DNA of 64,000 nucleotides, taken from the NCBI GenBank assembly GCA_965203175.1, contig OZ241867.1:2496001-2560000 (forward strand), read 5' to 3'. The translations under genes were made by a program, and so were the position numbers. Below the pieces are notes generated by a model that saw only the letters and a list, made by a program, of their open reading frames with translations, was not told where the DNA came from and made no database searches. Source of the DNA: Candidatus Latescibacterota bacterium (GTDB lineage: Bacteria > Latescibacterota > UBA2968 > UBA8231). Below, in pieces: positions 18,248 through 27,154 of the stretch. The number at the start of each line of letters is the position of its first letter. Position 1 is the stretch's first letter.

Positions 18248-20112
18248 GCGCCTTGTACGCGTTGTTGTGGAAAGAGGGCCGCGAAATCCTGCCCAAGGTC
18301 CTGGTATTTGTCGCGCTCGCCGCACTGGTCTATCTGATGCGGCACAATGCCGATTTCAACCGCATCTATGTAAAAGGATTCGAAATTCTGATTATGGGTG
18401 GTCTAGTGATGATGGCGATGGGGGCTGTGGACGCCATCGCTCGCGAGCGCAGCACAGGCACCCTATCCTTCCTCCTAGACAAGCCGGTGGCGGGCACGAC
18501 GGTGCTGGCCGTCAAGTTTTTGGTGGGACTTGGCGGGCTGCTGTTGGTTGCGCTAGTAGCTTGGGCGACGGTGTACCTAAACTTGGACAGTCTTGAGACG
18601 AACCCCGATTGGCAAGCATATAAACTGGTCACCGTGCAGAGTATCGACTATGCCTCAATGGTCGCCCTGTCATTTACTCAGTATTCGTTGCTCTACGCTT
18701 TAATTTTTATCAGCTCGGTGGTCACAGATCACCCTGTCAAGGGCCTCGCCATGGGAATTGCGCTGGCCGTGGTGTTGGGGGTTTTACTCATAGGCCCGGC
18801 GACGGCCGTCTTTCCAATTCTCAAGCACTACCCGCTCGTCGCAATCGGCGATAACCAAGGGCATCTGGTGAGCTTAGCGATGGACTCAGCTCGGTTTTGG
18901 GTGAAAGTCTTGGTTAGTCTGGGTCTGACAGCGGCAGCACTAGCGGTGGCGGTGGTGCTGTTGCGCCGCTACCGCGAGGCAATTCTCTCGTGGCGCACGG
19001 TGGTGATGGGGTGGGTTGCAGTCCTTGCCGTCATCCTTGCCGTCTCCTATGTCGAGGTCTCTGGGGACAACCAGCGGATGCCCGCCGGGATATTAGAACG
19101 CCCCGTTAATGGGGCCTATATGGACCTCGTTATCCATGGGGAGTTTGCCTATATGACCACCGGAGAAAGAAGTATCGCCATCGCCGCCCTGAACGACCCA
19201 CAGCAAATGCGCCTGCTCGGCAGCACTACATCCAAGGACTATGTATTGAGCAGTCAGGGGCTACCATCGAGCGAAATATGCGTAATCGATTCGCTGGCCT
19301 ACATCGTCGGATGGCGCAAAGGGCTGCCCAGCGACAGCCTCGTGGTGACGGTCTTCGACGTCAGCGATCCGACCGCGCCCACGCTCAAGGGCCACCTCAT
19401 GTTCGCCGCCGTCAAAAAGGCGAAGAGGCACTACCAGTACTGGGGAGCCACGGACGGCGGTTTGCTCTTGGTCCGCGAGCGGGGCGACGCCGTGATCGCC
19501 GAGGCTTTTGCCCTCGACGCCGAGGGAATGCCGGTAGCAGGCGATGAACAGGAACTCATGCCCATTCCCAATTCCGACTCCCCTTGGGAGCGCCGGTGCC
19601 ATGTACGGGTGCGCGGCAGTCGCGCCTACGTTGGGACTGAGCGCGAATTGGTGGTCCTCAATGTGGCCGATGCACGCGCTTTGCGCGAGATCGGGCGGCA
19701 TACGCTAGAGTCCTTTCGGGGTCGGACGTACTACGATTCTAGGCTGGTAGCTATCGAGGACGACAGGCTTTATGTCGAGCGCTTTTGGCCGCACGAGTTA
19801 GTCGAGTTCGATATCACCAATCCCGACTCATTGCGCGAAGTAGGATACCTGCCGTTGTCTCAAAGCGATAGGCTGGACCTTGTGCAGTTGCTGATTGCCA
19901 ATGGAGTAGCCTATGGCCGAATAGGCCACTCAGACGTCAAGGCGAGAGCGTGGACTATAGCCGGATATGGGGCACTTATCGAGGGAGATCCCTTGATTGC
20001 ACCTGAAGAACCCGATAGGGAGCACTCTTGGAGTTTCAACGCCATGTCTGTGGCCAATGGGTATCTCTACGCGACGAGGCGCGGTGCGCTGCTGGCGTAC
20101 CGTTTGGACTAG
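18244..20112 (+). CDS. Paralogous ABC-2 type permease fused to an LVIVD-repeat domain
   Basis: ATGA overlap; ALLWKEGRE, RERSTGTLSFLLDKP, VTDHPVKG, RKGLPSDSL shared with the upstream paralog; VFDVSDPTAP, VEFDITNP. Confidence 0.8.
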   Translation: MSALYALLWKEGREILPKVLVFVALAALVYLMRHNADFNRIYVKGFEILIMGGLVMMAMGAVDAIARERSTGTLSFLLDKPVAGTTVLAVKFLVGLGGLLLVALVAWATVYLNLDSLETNPDWQAYKLVTVQSIDYASMVALSFTQYSLLYALIFISSVVTDHPVKGLAMGIALAVVLGVLLIGPATAVFPILKHYPLVAIGDNQGHLVSLAMDSARFWVKVLVSLGLTAAALAVAVVLLRRYREAILSWRTVVMGWVAVLAVILAVSYVEVSGDNQRMPAGILERPVNGAYMDLVIHGEFAYMTTGERSIAIAALNDPQQMRLLGSTTSKDYVLSSQGLPSSEICVIDSLAYIVGWRKGLPSDSLVVTVFDVSDPTAPTLKGHLMFAAVKKAKRHYQYWGATDGGLLLVRERGDAVIAEAFALDAEGMPVAGDEQELMPIPNSDSPWERRCHVRVRGSRAYVGTERELVVLNVADARALREIGRHTLESFRGRTYYDSRLVAIEDDRLYVERFWPHELVEFDITNPDSLREVGYLPLSQSDRLDLVQLLIANGVAYGRIGHSDVKARAWTIAGYGALIEGDPLIAPEEPDREHSWSFNAMSVANGYLYATRRGALLAYRLD

Positions 20113-20189
20113 GGGCAAGACTAAGGAAGGCGGACCTAGGGACGACGGAGTTCCTATTTCAAGAAGGTTTTCGACCAAGGAGAAGTCTG

Positions 20190-20372
20190 ATGAAACTATA
20201 CCTTAGCCTGTTCGTCGCCCTGCTCAGCACAGCGAGCGTGAGGCTGGCCCAAGCACCACGCGCCGCGACCATCACGGGAAAGATACACAACCCCCCAGCG
20301 CGAGAAATCGAGTTCGGCTACCGATCCTCGCTGTCGCCAACAAGGTCTGAACACCCAAGCGTGTTCCTTTGA
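20190..20372 (+). pseudogene. Truncated N-terminal copy of the downstream TlpA-like protein
   Basis: AAGGAG RBS, signal peptide, ATITGKIHNPPAREIEFGY resembles AIITGEIRDPTSREITFSY of the 20491 gene; stops after 60 aa. Confidence 0.6.
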
Positions 20373-20490
20373 CGATTGAATTGTTGGATTCGCAAGTATC
20401 ATCGCCGCAGATATGATATTCAAGGAAAGGAAAGCGACGGAATTATCTGCGGGCCTTGTCAATGCACACACCCTGAATGGAGGAAGCCTC

Positions 20491-22473
20491 ATGACGAACA
20501 CATACGGTAGTATCCTAATGGCCATACTAATCGCGTCGAGCGCTTGTCTAGCCAGCGCGCAGAGCCAGTCATCGGTTGCGATCATCACTGGCGAAATTCG
20601 GGATCCAACTTCGCGGGAAATCACGTTTAGCTACCAACCACCGTCGGCGCTAGGAAGCGCTGAGGAGCGGGTTGTGCTCGACAGCCTGAACCGCTTCGCC
20701 TGCGAGCTGCCCGTCATTCGGGGATCCCTAGGCTGGGTCTACTACGATGAAGGGCGGTCGATCTTCTTCATCGAACCCGGTGACAGTCTGCACGTCGTCG
20801 TGGAGGAGGGCGCTTACTCGTTTAGCGGCCCCAATGCGGACAACAGCCGCTTCATTGCCGAGTTTATCCCGCGATTTTCCACCCCGCTCGACTACGAGGA
20901 TCTGGAGGTGGAGGATTTCAAGCGCCAAATAGACCAACGGCGGCGAGACGAGTTCGAGTTTCTGGCCGAGTGGCGCGAAAAATACGCGCTCTCTCCGGTT
21001 TTCATCGACTATGCAACGGCTTTCTTCAACTACGAATGGGCCGAATTCATGATTTCCTATCCGATGGATTATCGCCGTGCCAACGGCTACAAAAATAGAA
21101 ATATCCCCCCGGAGTACTACGACTTTCTCCAAGAAATCCCCTTGGTGGATGAAAAGTCCATAGGCGTACCAACTTATCACTCCTTTCTGGAGCGGACCTT
21201 GGCCTGGGAGTTGGACAAGGCTCCGAGATCATCTAGTACGATGTCTGACATATGTGACATGTTGGGTTTGGCGCTGTCGGAGGAGACCAAGGCTCAACTC
21301 GACTCTCTGTACGAAGAAGAGGGCCGACGGCCCAAGCTGTCGAAAATGGTCAATCTGTCAGCGGTTGGTTTGTCGCCGCCGACCCAGGCTCAACTAGATT
21401 CCCTCTACGAAGAGAATAAATCGCTCAAGCTATCCCAGATGTTCGATTTGTCGGCGTTTGGTCTTTCGCAGACCGCCCAAGCCGAATTCGACTCATTCTT
21501 TGAAAGAAATGGTAGATCGTATAGCTCCACCTCTTCGAGCAAGGAAGAAGTGGCTAGGGTGGATACAACGGGCGGGGGATTGATGTTTTTCCTGCCTGCA
21601 AATGAAGAGACAGATAGTTTTGAACAGATGGAGTCCTTCAGTAAGACGCCAAAATTGTCCGAACTAATCGATTTGTCAGCGGTTGGTCTATCGGCAGCGA
21701 TCCAGGCCGAACTCGATTCCCTGTACGAACATCGCCAGCCGCTCAGGCTGTCCGAGAAGATTGATCTATCGGGCTTGGGGCTAGCGGATGCCATTCAGGC
21801 CCAACTCGATTCAATATATGCCACAGGACGCTGGACAGTCTGGCACTTTTCGAAGAGGTACGATTTGGCCAAGAAAAAACTGGAGGGGAGAGTACTCTAC
21901 TGGTTTCTGGCGGAAGAAGTGATCAGTGGGTTTGAGCGCGGTAGCAAAGCCTTTGCGTTGGCCCAGCGCAAGTGGGAAGATTTCCAAGAGATCAACCCGT
22001 ACCCGGAATACACCGAGGCCATCCAAGCAGTTATATATGAGGCCCTGAATCTACAATCTGGGCAACCCGCACCTGCTTTCACTCTCCACGACCTCGACGG
22101 TCAGCCCGTATCGCTGAGTCAGTTCAAAGGCCAAGCGGTTCTGCTCGACTTCTGGGCGAGTTGGTGCGGGCCGTGTATCATTGACCTGCCCGATATCCGC
22201 AAAATCAAGGAGAAAACGAATGCTCTGCCGGTCGTCTTCCTCAACATGTCGCTGGACGAGGATGAAGCCGCTTGGCGAGGGGCCATCACCGAACACGAAA
22301 TCGAAGGCGTCCATGTGCGCGCTGACGGTTTTGGCTCAGACGTCGCCAAGTCCTACCAGGTGAACGCCTTGCCCTCGTATTACTTAGTGGACTCGCAAGG
22401 ATTGATCGTAGATCGTCTGGATGGCGTAAGGGGTACAGACGCGATTGTCGCGATGATCGAGAAGAGCTTGTGA
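20491..22473 (+). CDS. Secreted TlpA/redoxin-family thiol-disulfide oxidoreductase with internal ~31-aa repeats
   Basis: GGAGG RBS, signal peptide, APAFTL...LLDFWASWCGPC...ALPSYYLVD. Confidence 0.88.
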   Translation: MTNTYGSILMAILIASSACLASAQSQSSVAIITGEIRDPTSREITFSYQPPSALGSAEERVVLDSLNRFACELPVIRGSLGWVYYDEGRSIFFIEPGDSLHVVVEEGAYSFSGPNADNSRFIAEFIPRFSTPLDYEDLEVEDFKRQIDQRRRDEFEFLAEWREKYALSPVFIDYATAFFNYEWAEFMISYPMDYRRANGYKNRNIPPEYYDFLQEIPLVDEKSIGVPTYHSFLERTLAWELDKAPRSSSTMSDICDMLGLALSEETKAQLDSLYEEEGRRPKLSKMVNLSAVGLSPPTQAQLDSLYEENKSLKLSQMFDLSAFGLSQTAQAEFDSFFERNGRSYSSTSSSKEEVARVDTTGGGLMFFLPANEETDSFEQMESFSKTPKLSELIDLSAVGLSAAIQAELDSLYEHRQPLRLSEKIDLSGLGLADAIQAQLDSIYATGRWTVWHFSKRYDLAKKKLEGRVLYWFLAEEVISGFERGSKAFALAQRKWEDFQEINPYPEYTEAIQAVIYEALNLQSGQPAPAFTLHDLDGQPVSLSQFKGQAVLLDFWASWCGPCIIDLPDIRKIKEKTNALPVVFLNMSLDEDEAAWRGAITEHEIEGVHVRADGFGSDVAKSYQVNALPSYYLVDSQGLIVDRLDGVRGTDAIVAMIEKSL

Positions 22474-22522
22474 GTAATCTGAGCAGGCGTCTCTTGAGCC
22501 GAACCTGAATGGAGAAAGGCCC

Positions 22523-23279
22523 ATGACGAACCGATACGGTAGTATCCTAGGAAGCGTTCTTAAAACTCATTTCAGTTGGTGCGTCGCTTGAGTATCAAAT
22601 GAATCATCGCGATGTAGATAAACGCTTCACTGTTACACGGCAAGACCTCGTAGTATTTGGCGTGGACTCCACCGTCTTCCAACAGCCAAACGACGAAGTC
22701 AGCAGAGGCCAGAGATACCCGGTTTTGGCTCGGTAAACAATGCCATTGATCACCAAACGAACATCGCACAGCGGCCGACCCGGACCACCGCGATGCCAAC
22801 GACATCGAAGCTATCGAGGCGACGTTGGCCAAGGCGCTGGTTCTACAACCGGGATAACCCGCGCCTGACTTCACGCTCGACGACCTCGATGGCCAGCCGG
22901 TATCGCTGAACCAATTCAGAGGGAAGGCGGTATTCATTGATTTCTGGACAAGTTGGTGCGGCCGTGTATCGGCGATTTGCCCTATATACAGAAAATCAAA
23001 GCAGAGATGGCCGAGCAGCCGGTCGTCTTCCTCAACATCTCGTTGGACGACGATGAGGAAGCTTGGAAGAAGGCGGTTGCCAAATACGAGATCAAAGGCG
23101 TCCATCTGCGGGTGGCTGGCTGAGATACGGACGTAGCAAAAGCCTATAGCATCCGCAGTTTGCCTTCGTATTATGTGGTGGATGCACAGGGGCGGATCGC
23201 GGAACGGCTGCGCGCAATGCACGATACTCAAGGGATCGTCGCCAAGATCTCGGAGAGCACCAAAGCAGCGGGCGGCTGA
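22523..23279 (+). pseudogene. Disrupted TlpA-like paralog
   Basis: Start MTNRYGSIL and RBS duplicate 20472-20517; redoxin domain at 22801-23279 has a TAA at 22855, a 1-nt deletion in WCGPC near 22960 and a TGA near 23121. Confidence 0.85.
22550..22662 (-). mobile_element. IS5-family transposase 3' remnant with probable element end
   Basis: Minus strand AKYYEVLPCNSEAFIYIAMIHLILKRRTN* matches the IS5-type C-terminus (KDYE.LP..SEA.IY.AM...L.R); homology to the host gene start breaks at CTAG 22547-22550. Confidence 0.7.
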
Positions 23280-23304
23280 TCGCCAGACTAGCCGAGGTTT
23301 AAGG

Positions 23305-23337
23305 AAGAGGGGTCGGGATTGCTCCCGGCCCCTTTTT
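23305..23337 (+). terminator. Intrinsic terminator
   Basis: AGGGGTCGGGA-TTGC-TCCCGGCCCCT followed by a T tract. Confidence 0.75.
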
Positions 23338-23404
23338 GCGCTATCATCGGAATGCTTTGGTGCCGAGGGGAAAATGGAGCAGCCTCTAACAGGGACAAAA
23401 GCCG

Positions 23405-24706
23405 ATGAAGCGATACCTTAGCATCCTCGTCGCCCTGTGCGTCTTCGTCGCTCTGTTCATACAGTTTAGCGGCAAGGACGTGGACAACAACCACTTCGTC
23501 GCCGAAATGCCACCCGAGTATTTCGCCTTCCCCCTTGACGAGGACATCATCCGCCAAGCGGGACAGGGGCGGCGGGATGGGGTCGAGTGGTACGCCGAGG
23601 GGCGCAAAAAAAACGTGCTTTTTCCAAGCACTATCGACTATGAGATAGCCGATCCCCACAATAAAAACATCGCTATAGGGTACTATCTACAAGATGTTCC
23701 CTTGGCCAATGAAGAGTCTATGGGTGTGGACAGTCGCTCCCTAGACTGGAATTTCGACAAAGAGCCTAAAACCCCTACCCTGTCTAAAACATTCGATTTG
23801 TCGGCAACTGCTTATGCCCAACTCGACTCGAGTACATCGAAAAGCGGACGGCAGCCCCGGTTGTCGCAAATGATCAACTTGTCGAAGCTTGGTCTGTCGG
23901 CAACTAATCAGACCCGCCTCGATTCCCTGTATGCAAATCGCCGTTCGCTCAGACTGTCCGAGATATTCGACTTATCGCAATTCCGTCTATCGGCCGCCCG
24001 AGCCGAACTCGACTCCTTCTACGAAAGATCGGATAGATCCTATAGGATCGTCTCTTCGAGTGCGGAATACGCGATTATTGATACGACAGGTAGGAGGTTG
24101 ACGCTCTACGTACCAATGGACGAAATGGACGACAAAGGTTATCTACGCACTTCGCCCTCGCTCTCTGAACATCTCGATTTGTCGGGATTGGGTCTGTCGG
24201 CAGCGGCTCAAGCCCAACTCGACTCCATGTACGAACGTCGCCGCCCAGTCAAAGCATTTGAGGAACTCGATTTGTCGGGAATGTCTGCTCCCGACTTTAC
24301 CGCCTATGACCTCGATGATCAGTTAGTATCGCTGAGCCAGTTCCAAGGGCAGGCGGTCTTTCTCTACTTCTGGGCGAGTTGGTGCGGGCCATGTATCAGC
24401 GCGCTGCCCGATCTCCAAAACATCAAGCAAAAAGTGGCTGGTCAGCCGGTCGTCTTCCTCAATCTGTCCTTGGACAGCGACAAGGGCAATTGGAGGCAGG
24501 CGATCGCGAAGCACCGGATCGAAGGCATTCACTTGCGAGTGGGTGGCTGGAGTTCGGACGCCGCAATAGCCTATAGTGTGGGCCGGTTGCCTTCGTATTA
24601 TTTGATAGACGCCCAAGGGCTAGTTGTAGAGCGGCTGTCTAGAGTACGGAATACCCCGAAGGTCGTCGCCAAAATTGCCGAGAGCGTATATCCGTCGGGT
24701 GGCTAA
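23405..24706 (+). CDS. TlpA/redoxin-family protein with the same ~31-aa repeats
   Basis: N-terminal hydrophobic segment, APDFT...FWASWCGPC...LPSYYLID; repeats LS..DLS..GLS...QA.LDS.Y. Confidence 0.85.
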   Translation: MKRYLSILVALCVFVALFIQFSGKDVDNNHFVAEMPPEYFAFPLDEDIIRQAGQGRRDGVEWYAEGRKKNVLFPSTIDYEIADPHNKNIAIGYYLQDVPLANEESMGVDSRSLDWNFDKEPKTPTLSKTFDLSATAYAQLDSSTSKSGRQPRLSQMINLSKLGLSATNQTRLDSLYANRRSLRLSEIFDLSQFRLSAARAELDSFYERSDRSYRIVSSSAEYAIIDTTGRRLTLYVPMDEMDDKGYLRTSPSLSEHLDLSGLGLSAAAQAQLDSMYERRRPVKAFEELDLSGMSAPDFTAYDLDDQLVSLSQFQGQAVFLYFWASWCGPCISALPDLQNIKQKVAGQPVVFLNLSLDSDKGNWRQAIAKHRIEGIHLRVGGWSSDAAIAYSVGRLPSYYLIDAQGLVVERLSRVRNTPKVVAKIAESVYPSGG

Positions 24707-24762
24707 TCGCCAGACTAGTCGAAGGTCACAAAGAAGGGTCGGTAAGCTGGTAATAGGTCGAC

Positions 24763-24803
24763 TTTTGCTCTTAAGTTACTTATTTCGTAACTTAAGAGCA
24801 AAA
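24763..24803. promoter_or_regulatory. Perfect 17-bp inverted repeat, putative AbiEi operator
   Basis: TTTTGCTCTTAAGTTAC-TTATTTC-GTAACTTAAGAGCAAAA, ending on the A of the antitoxin ATG. Confidence 0.75.
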
Positions 24804-25462
24804 TGCAACAATTAACCGAACAGATTATCCGATTATCTCCCCCAGGAGGACTCTTCGACCATACTGTCATAGGCAATCTGTTCGCCGATGCGTCCCCAGG
24901 GGCCAGAAAGCAGCTAATTCACCGGGCTACCCGCGCTGGCGAGATTCTGCGCCTCAAACGGGGATTATTTACATTGGACAAAGTGTTCCGCAAGTCCGAA
25001 CTCCATCCCTTTGCCCTTGCAGCCGTGCTGCATGCCCCTTCGCATATCAGCCTCGAAACCGCCCTTTGGCACCACGGTCTCATTCCCGAAGCTGTTTACC
25101 AGATCAGCAGCGTTACCACTGCGCGCAGTCAGACTGTTTCAACCCCCCTAGGCGTCTTCTCTTTTGATCGAGTTCCATCGCTCCATCCCCGGGCCGGAGT
25201 TGAGGCGACTCAGCTAGAGAGAGGCGAGTGGGCGTTTATTGCCTCGCCGTTGCGCGCCATTGCCGACGCCGTGTACCTCCACCGAGAAATTGGCTGGAAG
25301 CGAGATGGTCTGAGTTATTGTACCGAGTCCCTGCGGATTGAGGAAGACGATCTGGCCCAGATCTCCTTTGCACATAGCGAAGAAATTTGCGCTGCCGTAC
25401 GCAATCGCAGGACGAGGGCCTATCTGGAGGGACTCGAAAAGGCGGTGAACCATGTTTCATGA
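24803..25462 (+). CDS. Type IV TA antitoxin, AbiEi-like
   Basis: ILRLKRGLF winged HTH, PSHISLETALWHHGLIPEAVY, IASPLRAIAD. Confidence 0.85.
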   Translation: MQQLTEQIIRLSPPGGLFDHTVIGNLFADASPGARKQLIHRATRAGEILRLKRGLFTLDKVFRKSELHPFALAAVLHAPSHISLETALWHHGLIPEAVYQISSVTTARSQTVSTPLGVFSFDRVPSLHPRAGVEATQLERGEWAFIASPLRAIADAVYLHREIGWKRDGLSYCTESLRIEEDDLAQISFAHSEEICAAVRNRRTRAYLEGLEKAVNHVS

Positions 25463-26315
25463 TGTGGTCGCGGCCAAGCTCGGCGAATACGATCTAGGCA
25501 ATGCAGTGGAACAGGAAAACGCATTGCAGGAGTTGATGCAGCACTATATTCTAGCCAGCTTGTCCCGCGCCGGACTGTTTGCAGAGGCCATGTTTCACGG
25601 TGGAACGTGCCTGCGCATCGTCTATGGTATAAACCGTTTTTCACAAGACCTAGATTTTTTGTTAAAGAAGCCCAATCCGCACTTTGTTTGGCAGCCTTAT
25701 TTGGCAAGGGTGCAGCGCGATTGCGCCCAAGAGGGGATCGACTTTGAAATCCAAGACAAATCGGATGTCGATGGGGCAATGCGCAAAGCCTTTGTAAAAA
25801 CGGATTCTATCGGCAAAGTGATGACCCTAGGGCTTCCCTACGGGCGACAGGCCCAAAGAAAAATTCGGGTAAAGCTCGAAATCGATACCAATCCTCCAGA
25901 GGGATCCCGTTTTGAAACCAGTTATATCTCGTTCCCGGTGACGGCTCCTATCACCGTTCAGTCCCTAACTTCGGGTTTTGCTACCAAATCCCATGCGCTG
26001 TTGTGCCGCACCTATACCAAAGGTCGGGACTGGTATGATTTAATTTGGTATGTAGGACGCCGAGTTGAGCCCAATCTCAAACTCTTGGCCAATGCCCTCT
26101 TGCAGCAAGGACCTTGGAAAAATAAAAAGCAGGAAATCACTGTGGCGTGGCTGCTAAATGCCCTGCGCGACAAGATCGGCACCATTGACTGGCGAGTCGC
26201 CCGCAGCGATGTGCAGCGCTTTCTGCCGACCAAGGAACAAGCGGGATTGCAGGTGTGGAGCGAGAACTTCTTTTTGCACCAAGTCACCCAGATGGAGGGC
26301 TATTTGGCCGATTAA
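25452..26315 (+). CDS. Type IV TA toxin, AbiEii/AbiGii nucleotidyltransferase
   Basis: FHGGTCLR...RFSQDLDF, KLEIDTNPP, K.HALL.R, KGRDWYD; overlaps the antitoxin. Confidence 0.92.
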   Translation: MFHDVVAAKLGEYDLGNAVEQENALQELMQHYILASLSRAGLFAEAMFHGGTCLRIVYGINRFSQDLDFLLKKPNPHFVWQPYLARVQRDCAQEGIDFEIQDKSDVDGAMRKAFVKTDSIGKVMTLGLPYGRQAQRKIRVKLEIDTNPPEGSRFETSYISFPVTAPITVQSLTSGFATKSHALLCRTYTKGRDWYDLIWYVGRRVEPNLKLLANALLQQGPWKNKKQEITVAWLLNALRDKIGTIDWRVARSDVQRFLPTKEQAGLQVWSENFFLHQVTQMEGYLAD

Positions 26316-26393
26316 CTAAAAAATACTTTTTGAGTTACCTTGTACGAACGGTTGAATAAATCCTCTATACTCGTTCAACGAAAGCCAACGCAC

Positions 26394-27143
26394 ATGACCA
26401 CAGCGATATTTGCCGGGCGCACCGCCTTGGTAACGGGCGGCAGTCGCGGCATCGGCCGCGCCATCGTCCAAATGCTGGCCGAACACGGAGCCAAGGTCGC
26501 CATCAACTACCAACACAACGCCGAGGCCGCGCAGGAAATCTTGGCGCAGGTCGAGTCGTGCGGCACCGAGGGCATGGCCGTCCAAGCCGACGTGTCGCAG
26601 CAGGCAGAAGTCGAGCAGATGATCGCCCAAGTGCGCGCGGCATTCGGGCCGGTCGAACTGCTGGTCAACAACGCCGGGATTGCCTATACCCAAGAGCACG
26701 GCGAGTTCGGCTTTGCCGAGTGGGATAGGATGTTTGCGGTCAACGTCCACGGGCCGTTTTTGACCACCTGGGCCGTCAAGGACGAGATGATCGCGCGGCG
26801 CTTTGGGCGGATTGTCAATATCTCCTCGCTGGCCGCTTGGCTGCTCAAGCCGAACATGATCCACTACGCTACGACGAAGGCAGCCGTCATCGCCTTCACT
26901 CGGCAATGCGCCCAAGCGTTTGCCGAGCACAATGTGCGAATCAACTGCCTAGCGCCGGGGCTAACGGATACCGAGCTGGCGCGCTCGGCCAACCCCGGCC
27001 AAGTCGCCGAGCTCATCGCCAGCACTCCGCTGGGACGGATGGCCGATCCGGCGGAGATGGCGTCGGTGGTTCGCTTTTTATTGTCTGAAGAATCCAGTTT
27101 TGTCACCGGACAGACGATTACCGCCTGCGGCGGCCGGTCGTAG
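26394..27143 (+). CDS. SDR family oxidoreductase (FabG-like)
   Basis: TGGSRGIG, NNAG, YATTK, PLGRMADP, SSFVTGQ. Confidence 0.93.
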   Translation: MTTAIFAGRTALVTGGSRGIGRAIVQMLAEHGAKVAINYQHNAEAAQEILAQVESCGTEGMAVQADVSQQAEVEQMIAQVRAAFGPVELLVNNAGIAYTQEHGEFGFAEWDRMFAVNVHGPFLTTWAVKDEMIARRFGRIVNISSLAAWLLKPNMIHYATTKAAVIAFTRQCAQAFAEHNVRINCLAPGLTDTELARSANPGQVAELIASTPLGRMADPAEMASVVRFLLSEESSFVTGQTITACGGRS

Positions 27144-27154
27144 GTAGAAAGGCT

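Noticed and set aside
21235-21820. ~93-bp periodic DNA repeats as a CRISPR array or DGR template
   Set aside because: They are degenerate in-frame coding repeats; no constant repeat-spacer structure, cas gene or reverse transcriptase in the window
22572-23231. 219-aa minus-strand ORF as an intact transposase
   Set aside because: Only the last ~29 residues look transposase-like; most of the rest is antisense to the TlpA pseudogene
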